A stretch of DNA of 49,672 bases from contig JBDLUK010000130.1 of assembly GCA_039805365.1 (NCBI GenBank), positions 1 to 49,672 on the forward strand, given 5' to 3'. Position numbers and translations under genes: made by a program. Positions 1 through 10,301 of this stretch are shown in pieces. Under the pieces are notes generated by a model, which was not told where the DNA came from, did not search any database, and worked only from the letters and a program-made list of their open reading frames with translations. Every line of letters begins with the position of its first letter. Positions within the stretch are counted from its first letter, which is position 1. This DNA is from Bacteroidota bacterium. Lineage in GTDB: Bacteria; Bacteroidota; Bacteroidia; Flavobacteriales_D; Sanyastnellaceae.

Positions 1-3000
1 ATTCCTGCTTTTTCTGACGGCGATTCACATACTGTTCAATTCTCATTTAGCTCAAATCCTGCATGTGTAGTTACAGGGACATATCAATCTCCTGAACCAT
101 GTGGTTGCTTGCTAAATGCAACAGTAACTGCATTTACTTGTCAACCCATGCCGCCATCAGGAACAGCACCTGTATTCTATGACATTTCTTTGGATATCAA
201 TGATGCCAACCTACCGTTCGGCTCTGCATTGGATATCAGCTACGAATGTGGAGGCGGAAACGTCGTCAACATCAACAGCATGGCGGACATTAACACTCTA
301 AACTCTTCTACATACAATTTCGGAATTTTTGGACCAATCAATGGTTTGGCTCCAGGAACCAATAGCGATGGCTTCTGTGATATCACTTTTTCTTTGACTG
401 ATATTACAACAGGTGCTGTGATTCCTTGTTTGTTTCCAGATCCAGGTGTGCAAGTTGAAGTACCCATGGTGGATGTGCAAAACTTTATGGAAATTCCAAA
501 CTCTTGCTCAGTAACCGCAGCTGGACCAACGAACGATGTTGAATTTGACTTGGAGCTTATTGGCGCTTCTACCATCAATGCCACTGGTGTGTATTTCTTT
601 ATGGATGGAGCACCTGTCAATGTTAACATAACTGGAAACCCGAACGGGGCTAGTGCCAATTGGTTACCCATTGCATCAGTTCCAGCAAGTGGTATCGTTC
701 CCGTAACAATATTGGATGTCCCGGCTGTGGATCACGAATTCAGTTTCTCATTTACAACCGGAGCATGCACATTTAACACGCCTGTAGTTTCAGCTGCAGA
801 TCCTGCCGTTCCTTATACTGCTACTTTTGAGTATCTCAATCCAACCCAATGCGCTTGTGCCATAACTGACCTGACGGTTACCAATATTTCAGAGTGCCTA
901 GGTTACAGTAACTACTTCGTAATGGATTTGGAAATGACCATCGCCAACAATCCAGCTGGTGCCAACTTCAACATGTCGTTCTCTCCAATACCTGCCGGAG
1001 GTAACCAGTCTATTTCACCCGCAACACCTGTGGTTCCAACCAACGGAACCATTACAATTCCGAATATTACCGTTGCCATTCCACCGACACCAGCTGGATT
1101 GACCGCAGCATACACAGCAACTATTCTTGCCGAATTCACCAATGTTGTAACGCCATGTCAAGCAACTGTTGATTTTGTGGTTCCTGGTGATTGCGGATGT
1201 AACCCCGATGCTGGAACATTCACAACTTCAATCGCTTCTACTCCAGTTGCTGGAGCCAATCAAATTGCCATTTGTACTCCTGGAACGACTTTGAATTGGA
1301 ACTCCAATGACAACTTCAACCCTCCATCCATAGCGTACGAGACAGATGCTGCCAATAATCCAATAATGAAACCCCACCAAAGAGGTTTGGGATTGGTGTT
1401 CTACGACCTAAACGACCCTACACAACAAGTGCTTTGGACCATTGAGGATTTTGACCTCACTGCAGCTCCAACCATCAACGATTTGACATTTACTTACGAT
1501 GCTGGTTTCAATTCAGCCACCCAAATTGTCAACCTTTTAAACCTCCCAGTTGTAGTAGGTGACGAACCCGTAATATTTGGTGCTCGTATTATCACGATCT
1601 ACAATCCTGCAGCAATAGGTACTTTGCCTGCTAATATTTCTGGATTTTATGATGCCGCGCTTGATTCATATTTGCCTCCATTGTTTGAAACCGGATTTGG
1701 CCCAAGTTTCAACCCGCTTGTTTCTGCCCCTTGTGGAGCCATTTCGACAGATTGGACCATCGTTCTTCCTCCTCCAATTACTACCGCTCAAATCGGTCAA
1801 GATTGTTTAAATGGTCAAATGATCTTCCAAGCAGAATCAGGAAATTACCCATTTGCTTGGACTATAACTTCAGACAATCCAGCAAATGCACTTTTGGATA
1901 ATGTTCTTAGTGATCTTGCTAATGACGCTACTACAACTTACAATGGCAATAACTACTCTGGAGGTTTCTTTACATATGGAAATCTTGTAACTGGAAATGT
2001 TTTAAATGTGAATATTCAAGACACTTATGGTTGCACAGCAAATTTCACTTCCACACCATTTGTTGGACCAACTGAAGGTATAGTCGGTCAAATCATTAAT
2101 GGTGCTACCACTCCAGCTGCCGTAATGCCCGGACAAATTGTTGAGTGTGCTTCCAACAATGTAGCCGATCAATTGCAGTTCACAGGATTGGGAGTTGGAT
2201 TGGGCAATGTTGCAATCCCTGGGACATGGAATGTAATCTGGAATGGCAACCTTTTGACCACTCCTCTATCGGCCTACTTCGATAGTGCAACAGGACTTTT
2301 CACACCAAGTTATGATTTAATCAACACAAATCCAGGAGTTGCACCCTATACCAACAATCTAGAAATTTCGTTTACACCAAATATCCCTGCACCAGGATGT
2401 AGCATCGAGTCTGAGCATGTACAAATTGCTGTATTGGATGATTACTTCCCCACAACGACAGGGAATTTGAGCAAATGTACCAACAGTGCTATGGTAAACT
2501 TAACTACCAATGGAACACCTGCAGGTGGCCAATGGCATGCTGGTATTTATGATGTTGCGAACGATACTTATTCCAATGACAATGGCATTATTGGATTGAA
2601 CAACTTAAATCCCGCAATATTGGGCGCAGGTAATTATGACCTTTGGTATGACATTGCCAATGCGCCAAACGTTCAGTGCGGAAAAGTGTCTCAATTACCT
2701 GTTCCACTTGTGATTCATGACACTACGAATGCCGTTGTTACAGCTCTTGATCCTGATGGTTGTACTCCATTCTTGTTTGACTTGAGCAATACAAGTATTG
2801 GGGCAGGTACCAATACCAACTGTCAATGGTTTGTGAATGGAACGGAGGATACAAATGGCGATTGTTCTGGATTTACACCTGAGCTTACCGTTCCAGGTTT
2901 GTATGATATCCGACTTATCATTCAAGATGAAAATGGATGTATCGATACAACGAACTACAACAACTTCCTTGAAGTCTTCGCGCTACCTGAAGTGTCTTTC

Positions 3001-3534
3001 TATTCTACTCCTTCATCTGTAACCATGGACAATCCGCAATTCCAATTCATCAACAGTTCAGATTCTCCTTTGGCTCAATGGAATTGGGATTATGCTGGAT
3101 ACGGAACTGGTTCAGGGCAAATCACAACATTTAATTTCTCGGCTGTAACGGAGCCTGGAACTTATGAGGTCTGTCTTGAGGGAATCGATTTCAATGGATG
3201 TATCAATAATTTCTGTAACAATGTTACCATCAAAGAAGGATTTGCAGTGTACATGCCGACGGCCATTACCGCTGATCAAGACAATTTGAATGAGGCCCTT
3301 CGTCCTGTAATTTCAGGTTCTGACCGAATCACAATTTATCTATTCAAAGTATTTGACCGATGGGGAAATATCATTTTCGAAACCACTGATTACAACGAGT
3401 ATTGGAATGCCAATTCCAACACCCTCAAAGATTATTACGTAACGAGCGGAGTTTATCATTGGACAATGGAAGTAACCTTGGAAGGGTTAGATGATACTCA
3501 ACTTTACAATGGTTCTGTCACCGTAATTAGATAA
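1..3534 (+). CDS. 5'-truncated large secreted protein with PKD-like region and T9SS type-B sorting domain (gliding-motility-associated C-terminal domain, CHU_C)
   Basis: Frame 1 is open from nt 1 with no stop before the TTG at 109 where the ORF track begins, so the N-terminus lies outside the window. The last ~95 aa (FAVYMPTAITADQDNLNEALRPV..FDRWGNIIFET..GVYHWT..NGSVTVIR) fit the type-B CTD pattern. The body is N/T/G-rich and Cys-containing, typical of Bacteroidota surface proteins. Confidence 0.85.
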   Translation: MPAFSDGDSHTVQFSFSSNPACVVTGTYQSPEPCGCLLNATVTAFTCQPMPPSGTAPVFYDISLDINDANLPFGSALDISYECGGGNVVNINSMADINTLNSSTYNFGIFGPINGLAPGTNSDGFCDITFSLTDITTGAVIPCLFPDPGVQVEVPMVDVQNFMEIPNSCSVTAAGPTNDVEFDLELIGASTINATGVYFFMDGAPVNVNITGNPNGASANWLPIASVPASGIVPVTILDVPAVDHEFSFSFTTGACTFNTPVVSAADPAVPYTATFEYLNPTQCACAITDLTVTNISECLGYSNYFVMDLEMTIANNPAGANFNMSFSPIPAGGNQSISPATPVVPTNGTITIPNITVAIPPTPAGLTAAYTATILAEFTNVVTPCQATVDFVVPGDCGCNPDAGTFTTSIASTPVAGANQIAICTPGTTLNWNSNDNFNPPSIAYETDAANNPIMKPHQRGLGLVFYDLNDPTQQVLWTIEDFDLTAAPTINDLTFTYDAGFNSATQIVNLLNLPVVVGDEPVIFGARIITIYNPAAIGTLPANISGFYDAALDSYLPPLFETGFGPSFNPLVSAPCGAISTDWTIVLPPPITTAQIGQDCLNGQMIFQAESGNYPFAWTITSDNPANALLDNVLSDLANDATTTYNGNNYSGGFFTYGNLVTGNVLNVNIQDTYGCTANFTSTPFVGPTEGIVGQIINGATTPAAVMPGQIVECASNNVADQLQFTGLGVGLGNVAIPGTWNVIWNGNLLTTPLSAYFDSATGLFTPSYDLINTNPGVAPYTNNLEISFTPNIPAPGCSIESEHVQIAVLDDYFPTTTGNLSKCTNSAMVNLTTNGTPAGGQWHAGIYDVANDTYSNDNGIIGLNNLNPAILGAGNYDLWYDIANAPNVQCGKVSQLPVPLVIHDTTNAVVTALDPDGCTPFLFDLSNTSIGAGTNTNCQWFVNGTEDTNGDCSGFTPELTVPGLYDIRLIIQDENGCIDTTNYNNFLEVFALPEVSFYSTPSSVTMDNPQFQFINSSDSPLAQWNWDYAGYGTGSGQITTFNFSAVTEPGTYEVCLEGIDFNGCINNFCNNVTIKEGFAVYMPTAITADQDNLNEALRPVISGSDRITIYLFKVFDRWGNIIFETTDYNEYWNANSNTLKDYYVTSGVYHWTMEVTLEGLDDTQLYNGSVTVIR

Positions 3535-3557
3535 GCATTTGTACACTTTTCATAGTT

Positions 3558-3595
3558 GAAACTTCCCGGAGTAACTACCGGGAAGTTTTTTTTTT
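3558..3595 (+). terminator. Rho-independent terminator after the first cargo gene
   Basis: Stem gaaacttcccgg / ccgggaagtttt with an 8-nt loop, followed by a long T-run. Confidence 0.7.
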
Positions 3596-3600
3596 AGGCC

Positions 3601-3608
3601 TAAATTTG
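3601..3608 (+). promoter_or_regulatory. Bacteroidota -7 box TAAATTTG, 5 nt upstream of ATG 3614
   Basis: Perfect match to TAnnTTTG, located after a terminator and immediately before the start codon. Confidence 0.5.
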
Positions 3609-3613
3609 TTACA

Positions 3614-5635
3614 ATGAAGAGTTGTATCACAGCCTTATTCACACTATTAATTTTCATCAGTCACATGTTGGGACAGGCCAATATGGCTGCCGTATCAACC
3701 AATGAAAATCTATCTAATGGGATTTTATGTCCCAATGAAAATCTATTGATGAATATTCTTGGACCTGTCACTCCACCCGCTGATATGAGCATTCCTGGGG
3801 TTACTTATGATCCTGGAATCGCCGTTGCCGTTTTTCAATTTGCGCCGACATATACCAACAGCGAAATTCTCAACGATCCCGCTCTTTTGGGTTTCATTGA
3901 ACTCCAAAATCAATCTGCTTTCTTTGATCCCATCTCAATTTCTTATGATCAATTAATCAACCTTCTCCCACCTCCTGTACCTTCAAATTTGAGCACTACA
4001 ACGCCGTTTTTTATTCAAGTAGTGAACTACTATAGCATCATCAACAACGTTCCTTACGTTAACGGAACATCGGGTTTACCAGATATAGATGCCTCAACTA
4101 TTTATACCATAAGCCTTCAGCCAAAAGCAACTATTTCTTCATCAGAAGACTGCGTTGGAGATGCTTTAAATTGTCAGATTTCAATCCCGGGTTTATCCAG
4201 TGGAAACGTTTCATTAGCGAACAACTATCCCAATTCGGTGACGTTTCCGAACAACATTGGCTATAACCAAAATTTCTCGTTAACAGGATTAACTGAAAAT
4301 TCGTTCGTTGGATTCGAATACACCAATTTTGAAGGCTGTACCATTGCGTTGGATACTTTTTATGTTGGTATGGTTACTGCCACAATTAATAATTCTATTT
4401 CCACGCTTTGTGAAAATGCACCCGCGGCTGAATTGTTTGCATCGCCTACAACAGGAATATGGACTTGTAGTAATCCTCTAATGTTAGCTGGTAATTTCTT
4501 CAATCCTAGCGCGCAAGACATTTCTACAACAACCAATTATTCCGTCACTTACACCCCTACATCAGGCGATACAGGCTGCAATACGCCCGCATCTATGACC
4601 ATTACAGTTGAACCTGAAGTTGTAGCGCAAATAACGGGACCTAACTCTATGTGCAACAACGCATCTATTCAAAGTTACTCAAGTTCAATTCCAGGTGGTG
4701 TTTGGAATACCGATTTCAATGCCATTGATCAAAACGGTAATCTTAATCCTCAATTATTAAGTCCTGGAATACACACAATCAATTACACTCCGGTAGGAAG
4801 TTGTGTATCTAGTTCGATGTTTGATATTGTGATCGATTTTCTACCCAATCTACATTTCACAATAGATACATCACAAGGCTGTGTTCCATTACTGATACAA
4901 TTCACTGACTTAACTCCAGGAAATATTAGCGATCGTCATTGGATCATAGAGGGCGTTTCTTATTATGCAAATTCAGCTAACTACGCCCATGTTTTTGAGA
5001 ATCCTTATTGTTACAATGTCGGACTTGCATCACTAAATGATTTCGGATGCCGAGACACTTTATGGCGAACAAATTATATATGTCCCTTTGACAATCCGTA
5101 TATGTCCTTTGGTTTCATGCCACAGCAACCTGATATTGCTGAGCCAGAAGTGAATTTTTACGCGGGTAATACATCAGTCAATTCTGTGGTTTGGGACTTT
5201 GGAGATGGAACAGGGTCAGTAGAATACAATCCCTTGCATTATTTTGCCAACACAGTTCCTGCGGAATTCAAAGTTTGTTTAACGGGTATCGATAGCAATC
5301 AATGCGCTACAGAAGTTTGTGAGTTTGTTACGGTTGGTTCAGGATTTAAATTGTACATGCCCAATGCATACACGCCTGATCAAGATGGACTGAACGATGG
5401 TTTTCGTCCAGTAATGGATAGCAAAAGAGAAATTGCCAAATTTCAAATGTCGATTTTCAACCGCGATGGAGAGAAGATATATGAATCTGAGGATATGAAC
5501 CAAGCTTGGTACGGCAACAGCAACGACAGCAACTTCTATGTAAAAGATGGTGTCTACATCTGGAAAATCAAAGTATGGCTCAACGGAGATGTTGAACCTA
5601 AAGAATATTCAGGAAACGTTATTATTGTCCGCTAG
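3614..5635 (+). CDS. Secreted protein with PKD-like domain and T9SS type-B sorting domain
   Basis: Signal peptide MKSCITALFTLLIFISHMLGQA and a WDFGDGTGS PKD-type motif. The C-terminus FKLYMPNAYTPDQDGLNDGFRPV..IFNRDGEKIYES..GVYIWK..SGNVIIVR is collinear with the CTD of the upstream gene. Confidence 0.85.
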   Translation: MKSCITALFTLLIFISHMLGQANMAAVSTNENLSNGILCPNENLLMNILGPVTPPADMSIPGVTYDPGIAVAVFQFAPTYTNSEILNDPALLGFIELQNQSAFFDPISISYDQLINLLPPPVPSNLSTTTPFFIQVVNYYSIINNVPYVNGTSGLPDIDASTIYTISLQPKATISSSEDCVGDALNCQISIPGLSSGNVSLANNYPNSVTFPNNIGYNQNFSLTGLTENSFVGFEYTNFEGCTIALDTFYVGMVTATINNSISTLCENAPAAELFASPTTGIWTCSNPLMLAGNFFNPSAQDISTTTNYSVTYTPTSGDTGCNTPASMTITVEPEVVAQITGPNSMCNNASIQSYSSSIPGGVWNTDFNAIDQNGNLNPQLLSPGIHTINYTPVGSCVSSSMFDIVIDFLPNLHFTIDTSQGCVPLLIQFTDLTPGNISDRHWIIEGVSYYANSANYAHVFENPYCYNVGLASLNDFGCRDTLWRTNYICPFDNPYMSFGFMPQQPDIAEPEVNFYAGNTSVNSVVWDFGDGTGSVEYNPLHYFANTVPAEFKVCLTGIDSNQCATEVCEFVTVGSGFKLYMPNAYTPDQDGLNDGFRPVMDSKREIAKFQMSIFNRDGEKIYESEDMNQAWYGNSNDSNFYVKDGVYIWKIKVWLNGDVEPKEYSGNVIIVR

Positions 5636-6182
5636 TTTGTTGATTGATCTCTTCCAGCTTTCTCACCATTTCCTCATCAGACATGCCCAACCACTGTAAA
5701 CTTTGATTGGCAGTTTTGGCCCATTGCGAATCAGGATATCGCTCAATAGTCGCCCTGTAGTATTTCTCAGCGTTGGCAGGCTGCTTTAAATGTGCATCAT
5801 ATTCATAGCCTACCAAGTAAGTTGCATAATCCAATTTGGTCGCTTTGGGATGCTCGGCATAATTCATCAACAGGTCAATGGCCTTTTGATAACGCCCCAT
5901 ACTCGCTGCCAATTGTGCAGCATCCAACAAAAAAACAGCTGAAATGGAGTCCTCTCTATAGGAGTTGGTGTACTTTGTCAAATACTTCAACAATTCTTCA
6001 CCCTTAACCAAATCAATCGGTTTCTCATTCTGATAAACCTCTTTGGACAAATCGCCTATCTGCTCAAGCAATTGCTCTTGCTCAGGGGTGTGATTCGAAG
6101 GGTTAGAACAGCCCATTAAAAACAGGAACATCAAAGCTCCTATACCCAACTGATATTTTTTAAAATTAAAGCACATTGGCAA
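5622..6182 (-). CDS. TPR-like lipoprotein, function unknown
   Basis: Lipoprotein-type signal KKYQLGIGALMFLFLMGCS, then helical TPR-like repeats (YYRATIERYPDSQWA). The start is ambiguous (6182, 6176 or internal). The 3' end overlaps the convergent gene by 14 nt. Confidence 0.55.
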   Translation of the reverse strand: MPMCFNFKKYQLGIGALMFLFLMGCSNPSNHTPEQEQLLEQIGDLSKEVYQNEKPIDLVKGEELLKYLTKYTNSYREDSISAVFLLDAAQLAASMGRYQKAIDLLMNYAEHPKATKLDYATYLVGYEYDAHLKQPANAEKYYRATIERYPDSQWAKTANQSLQWLGMSDEEMVRKLEEINQQTSGQ

Positions 6183-6735
6183 ACTTCATTTTATAATTCA
6201 CACTGACATTCCCTTTTGCGATGTTGTTCAATTTACTTTTTAGCAATGTTCTTTTCATTGATGAGACACGATCAGGAAGTAAAATACCATCTAGGTGATC
6301 ATACTCGTGCTGAACGACACGTGCAGGAAAACCATCCAACTCTTCCTCGTACAAATCCCAATTCTCATCGTAATATTCAATCTTTACAATAGGTTTCCTG
6401 AATATCTCCAAACGCAGATGTGGCAGACTCAGACATCCCTCTTCCATTCCCCATTCTTCTCCTTCTTCTTCATAAATAATAGGGTTAATAAATACACGTT
6501 TAAAATCTTTGCAATCTGGATCCGCATCCTCGCCTTCACCATACGCTGATGCATCGACAACAAATAGACGAATGGGTAAACCAACTTGAGGCGCAGCCAA
6601 ACCAACACCGCTAGCGCGACTCATCGTTTCAAACATGTTGTCGACCAACTCCTTCAAACCGGGATAATTCTTGTCAATCTCCTGCGCCTTCTTCTTTAAA
6701 ACGGGATCACCGTATGCAACAATGGGTAAAATCAT
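6166..6735 (-). CDS. def: Peptide deformylase
   Basis: All three deformylase motifs are present: GVGLAAPQ, EGCLSLP and HEYDHLDG. Confidence 0.95.
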   Translation of the reverse strand: MILPIVAYGDPVLKKKAQEIDKNYPGLKELVDNMFETMSRASGVGLAAPQVGLPIRLFVVDASAYGEGEDADPDCKDFKRVFINPIIYEEEGEEWGMEEGCLSLPHLRLEIFRKPIVKIEYYDENWDLYEEELDGFPARVVQHEYDHLDGILLPDRVSSMKRTLLKSKLNNIAKGNVSVNYKMKFANVL

Positions 6736-6739
6736 TTGA

Positions 6740-6747
6740 CAAAAGTA
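6740..6747 (-). promoter_or_regulatory. -7 box TACTTTTG, 4 nt upstream of the def ATG
   Basis: Perfect TAnnTTTG on the minus strand, followed by tcaa and then ATG at 6735. Confidence 0.5.
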
Positions 6748-6768
6748 AAAAAGGTTGGGCTTGTATTT

Positions 6769-7773
6769 TTACAAAGCAGAGAATGGCTGAAAAATCAATT
6801 GCAATCCGTGAATGCTGGAAGCAGAATGATACTTAGACCAAGCATATACCAATTGCCATCTTTGAGTAAAAAGACCCACACCCATTGATATACCTGCTAA
6901 TCCGGGAGCTTGTTCAATTCGCAAATCAGCTCTTCTTTGGTAATTGTAGCCTGCCATAAAATGTATATTTCCAAGAAGCACTTCCGAACCGATGGTTGCT
7001 CTCCGCATCAACTGATCTCCCGATATCCATTTTGGCTCCTTTGAGGTGTAAACAACTGGCGTAGCTGGATTCCGCAATTCATGCAATTGACTCATAGTTA
7101 CCATCCAACGGAAAGGCGCGTTCTTCGGTTTCTTTGAAAAACCCATTTGCCATTGAGTGGGAATATCATACAACTCCTTGTTGCCACTCCCTCCCCACTT
7201 GAACCCCATATTCTTGACCAAGATATCGAATGTCCAATCACCCTTTTTCTTGCGGTAATGCGCACCCAAATCAAATGTCTGGGCCCACATGGAGTTATTA
7301 TCCAATTGAGAAACTACCGCTGATGTGGCTGCGCCAAGAGTCCAATTGGAATCCAACACATATGACAAAACGCCCTTTAAACTTGCATCATAAGCCCTGA
7401 ACTCACCCAAATAGGCCCCTTGCTCATCATATCGGTTGAGGTCGCCAAAACCCAAATACTTCACTCCATACGCCGAAGAAAACTTACTTCCCTTTTTGTG
7501 GTTAGCAAAAAAACACTGCGAAGCATTGGACTTGGCAATGTATCTAAGGTAAGCGACCTGAAATTTGCCATTAGCGGTGGAATCCAGCATGGCAGGGTTT
7601 TCCGTATAAAGCCCCAATTGTGAATTTGGGTGTGAAATCAAACTTCCGCCAGTAGCAATAGAAATGGGAGAAAAGGATACTCCTGTCGAGGGGAAGCTAT
7701 TGCCAATGCCTGTTTGCGCTTCCGCAAAAGAAACAACAAGTAAACTCCCTAATAATACCAACTTTTTCATCAT
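6769..7773 (-). CDS. Outer-membrane beta-barrel protein, possibly T9SS PorQ-like (tentative)
   Basis: Signal peptide MMKKLVLLGSLLVVSFAEAQ and an alternating beta-strand-like pattern through ~310 aa. The N-terminal stretch (SPISIATGG...NPAML) recalls PorQ-type barrels. It lacks the QQDP..Y start typical of PorP/SprF. The functional call is from memory of the family only. Confidence 0.45.
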   Translation of the reverse strand: MMKKLVLLGSLLVVSFAEAQTGIGNSFPSTGVSFSPISIATGGSLISHPNSQLGLYTENPAMLDSTANGKFQVAYLRYIAKSNASQCFFANHKKGSKFSSAYGVKYLGFGDLNRYDEQGAYLGEFRAYDASLKGVLSYVLDSNWTLGAATSAVVSQLDNNSMWAQTFDLGAHYRKKKGDWTFDILVKNMGFKWGGSGNKELYDIPTQWQMGFSKKPKNAPFRWMVTMSQLHELRNPATPVVYTSKEPKWISGDQLMRRATIGSEVLLGNIHFMAGYNYQRRADLRIEQAPGLAGISMGVGLFTQRWQLVYAWSKYHSASSIHGLQLIFQPFSAL

Positions 7774-7797
7774 TGCACTAACGTTACCAACCTTCGA

Positions 7798-10230
7798 TTA
7801 TTGCCACCTGAACTTACTGGCTTTTTCTTTAAGTAAAGCAATGTCCAAAACCTGGTACATCTCCTCTACAAAATGAAACTTTAAACCCTTTAAATAGCGT
7901 TCATTGATTTCCTCGATATCCTTTCTGTTCTTTTCACACAAGATGATTTCTTTTATGCCCGCACGCTTTGCGGCCAAAATTTTCTCCTTGATTCCACCAA
8001 CAGGCAAAACTTTTCCTCTCAAAGTGATCTCCCCCGTCATTGCCAAATACTTCTTAACCTTTCGTTGCGTAAATGCCGAAGCAAGCGCTGTGAGCATTGT
8101 AATACCCGCACTCGGACCATCCTTGGGTATAGCGCCTTGCGGAACATGTATGTGCACATTCCGCTCATCAAATTCCTTATAATCCATGCCGATGACTTCT
8201 GCATGGGCTTTCAAATATTCCAAAGCAATTACAGCCGACTCTTTCATCACATCCCCCAAATTACCGGTCAACGTCAATTTCCCCTTGCCTACCGTAAGAC
8301 TGGTTTCGATAAATAGAATATCACCTCCCGTAGGTGTCCAAGCCAATCCAGTTACAACACCTGCGACATCATTATCAGTATACCTATCTTTCTCATAGCT
8401 TGGACCTAAGACTAGCACAACATCCGAGCGCTTCAAGACTTTTGAAAATTTCTCCTCTAAAGCTATTTGCTTGGCTCTGTTGCGAATCAATTTTCCCATG
8501 CGCTTCTCCAAAGACCTTACACCGCTTTCATTGGTATACTCTTCAATTAATTGAATCAAAACATCATCGGAAAACTGAATTTTACTTTCCGTAAGTCCAT
8601 TTTCCTTGAGTAATTTAGGTAAGAGGTGTCGTTTGGCTATTTCGATTTTCTCCTCTACCGTGTATCCTGAAACTTCTATGATTTCCAAGCGATCTCTTAG
8701 CGCAGGCTGAATGGAAGATAGACTATTGCAAGTTGCGATAAACATCACCTTGGACAAATCATATTCTAGTTCAACATAGTTGTCATAAAATGCATGATTC
8801 TGCTCGGGATCTAAAACCTCCAACAATGCACTCGAAGGATCACCATGCATGCCTTGGCCAATCTTATCAATCTCATCCAAAACAAATAGAGGATTTCCTG
8901 TACCTGACTTCTTCAAACTTTGTAAAACCCTACCCGGCATAGCGCCAATGTATGTTTTCCTGTGTCCTCTGATTTCTGCTTCATCATGCAAACCACCCAA
9001 AGCCATTCGAACATATTTGCGCCCCAATGCCTCAGCAATACTCTTACCCAATGATGTTTTTCCAACACCAGGAGGTCCATACAAGCAAATGATTGGCGAC
9101 TTCATGTCACCCTTTATTTTCAATACCGCCAAATGTTCGATAATGCGGTCTTTCACTTTTTCCATGCCAAAGTGATCTCTATCCAAAATCTCCTTTGCTC
9201 GTTTCAAATCAAAATTATCATCTGAATATTGCTGCCATGGTAAATCCAAAAGTAAATCAATGTAATTGGCTTGAACACTGAACTCCCCGGCTTGAGGATT
9301 CATTCTTTCCAACTTACCCAACTCCTTGTAAAAAACTTTTTGAACCTCTTCACTCCATTGCTTTGTAGCCGCACGAGCGCGCTTTTCATCAATCTCTTCT
9401 TTGATAGGGTTGGAGCCCAACTCTTCTTGAATTTGTTTGATTTGCTGTTGTAAGAAGTATTCTCTTTGCTGTTTGGAAATATCAGTATGAACCTTTTTAT
9501 GGATTTCATTTTTCATTTCCAACATTTGAATCTCCTTGGCCAAATGTTCCATTACCATGCTTGATCTTTCTTGAAGATCCGCAACTTCCAGCATGGCTTG
9601 CTTTTGCTCAACTTGAGCCTTCATATTCGAAGAAATGAAGTTAGTCAAAAAACTTAAGCTATTGATATTCTTAATGGCAACACTTGCTTCGCTTGGAATC
9701 TCAGGAGAAATTTGAATCACCTTGAGTGCTTGCTCTTTGATGGACTCAAACAATGCTTGTTGTTCTTTATTGCTATCATCTCTATTGAGTTCAGGAAACT
9801 CACGAACCTGTGCCTTGTAATAAGGCTCTACGGCTACCACGCCCTGAATCTCAAATCTTTTTTTGCCTTGAAGGATAACTGTTGTATTCCCATCAGGCAT
9901 TTTCAACATACGAATAATCTTGGCTTGGGTTCCAATGGTATACAAATCTTCAAATGATGGCTCATCAATATCTGGATTCCTTTGTGCCACAACACCAATG
10001 GTTTTTTGACCCTTGTTGGCCTCCTGAATCAACCGAATGCTTTTGTCTCGCCCAACAGTTATTGGTATTACTACTCCAGGGAAAAGCACTGTATTGCGTA
10101 ATGGTAATATGGGAAGCACCTCTGGCGTTTCCTCCTTGTCCATTGCATCTTCATCCTCCGCTGAGATCAGGGGAATAAACTCATGATCTGCCAAATCCTC
10201 TGACATCAAACTAAAAAAATTATCTTCCAT
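7798..10230 (-). CDS. lon: ATP-dependent Lon protease
   Basis: N-terminal LON domain (LPILPLRNTVLFPG), Walker A GPPGVGKTS, Walker B FVLDEIDK, catalytic Ser PKDGPSAG and Lys GGIKEK. Confidence 0.97.
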   Translation of the reverse strand: MEDNFFSLMSEDLADHEFIPLISAEDEDAMDKEETPEVLPILPLRNTVLFPGVVIPITVGRDKSIRLIQEANKGQKTIGVVAQRNPDIDEPSFEDLYTIGTQAKIIRMLKMPDGNTTVILQGKKRFEIQGVVAVEPYYKAQVREFPELNRDDSNKEQQALFESIKEQALKVIQISPEIPSEASVAIKNINSLSFLTNFISSNMKAQVEQKQAMLEVADLQERSSMVMEHLAKEIQMLEMKNEIHKKVHTDISKQQREYFLQQQIKQIQEELGSNPIKEEIDEKRARAATKQWSEEVQKVFYKELGKLERMNPQAGEFSVQANYIDLLLDLPWQQYSDDNFDLKRAKEILDRDHFGMEKVKDRIIEHLAVLKIKGDMKSPIICLYGPPGVGKTSLGKSIAEALGRKYVRMALGGLHDEAEIRGHRKTYIGAMPGRVLQSLKKSGTGNPLFVLDEIDKIGQGMHGDPSSALLEVLDPEQNHAFYDNYVELEYDLSKVMFIATCNSLSSIQPALRDRLEIIEVSGYTVEEKIEIAKRHLLPKLLKENGLTESKIQFSDDVLIQLIEEYTNESGVRSLEKRMGKLIRNRAKQIALEEKFSKVLKRSDVVLVLGPSYEKDRYTDNDVAGVVTGLAWTPTGGDILFIETSLTVGKGKLTLTGNLGDVMKESAVIALEYLKAHAEVIGMDYKEFDERNVHIHVPQGAIPKDGPSAGITMLTALASAFTQRKVKKYLAMTGEITLRGKVLPVGGIKEKILAAKRAGIKEIILCEKNRKDIEEINERYLKGLKFHFVEEMYQVLDIALLKEKASKFRWQ

Positions 10231-10301
10231 TAAGTATTTTTTTTGACATTCCCAATGGCAGTGCCAATTATTAAATTATGCCTTTGTGTCGTGCTTTTCT
10301 A

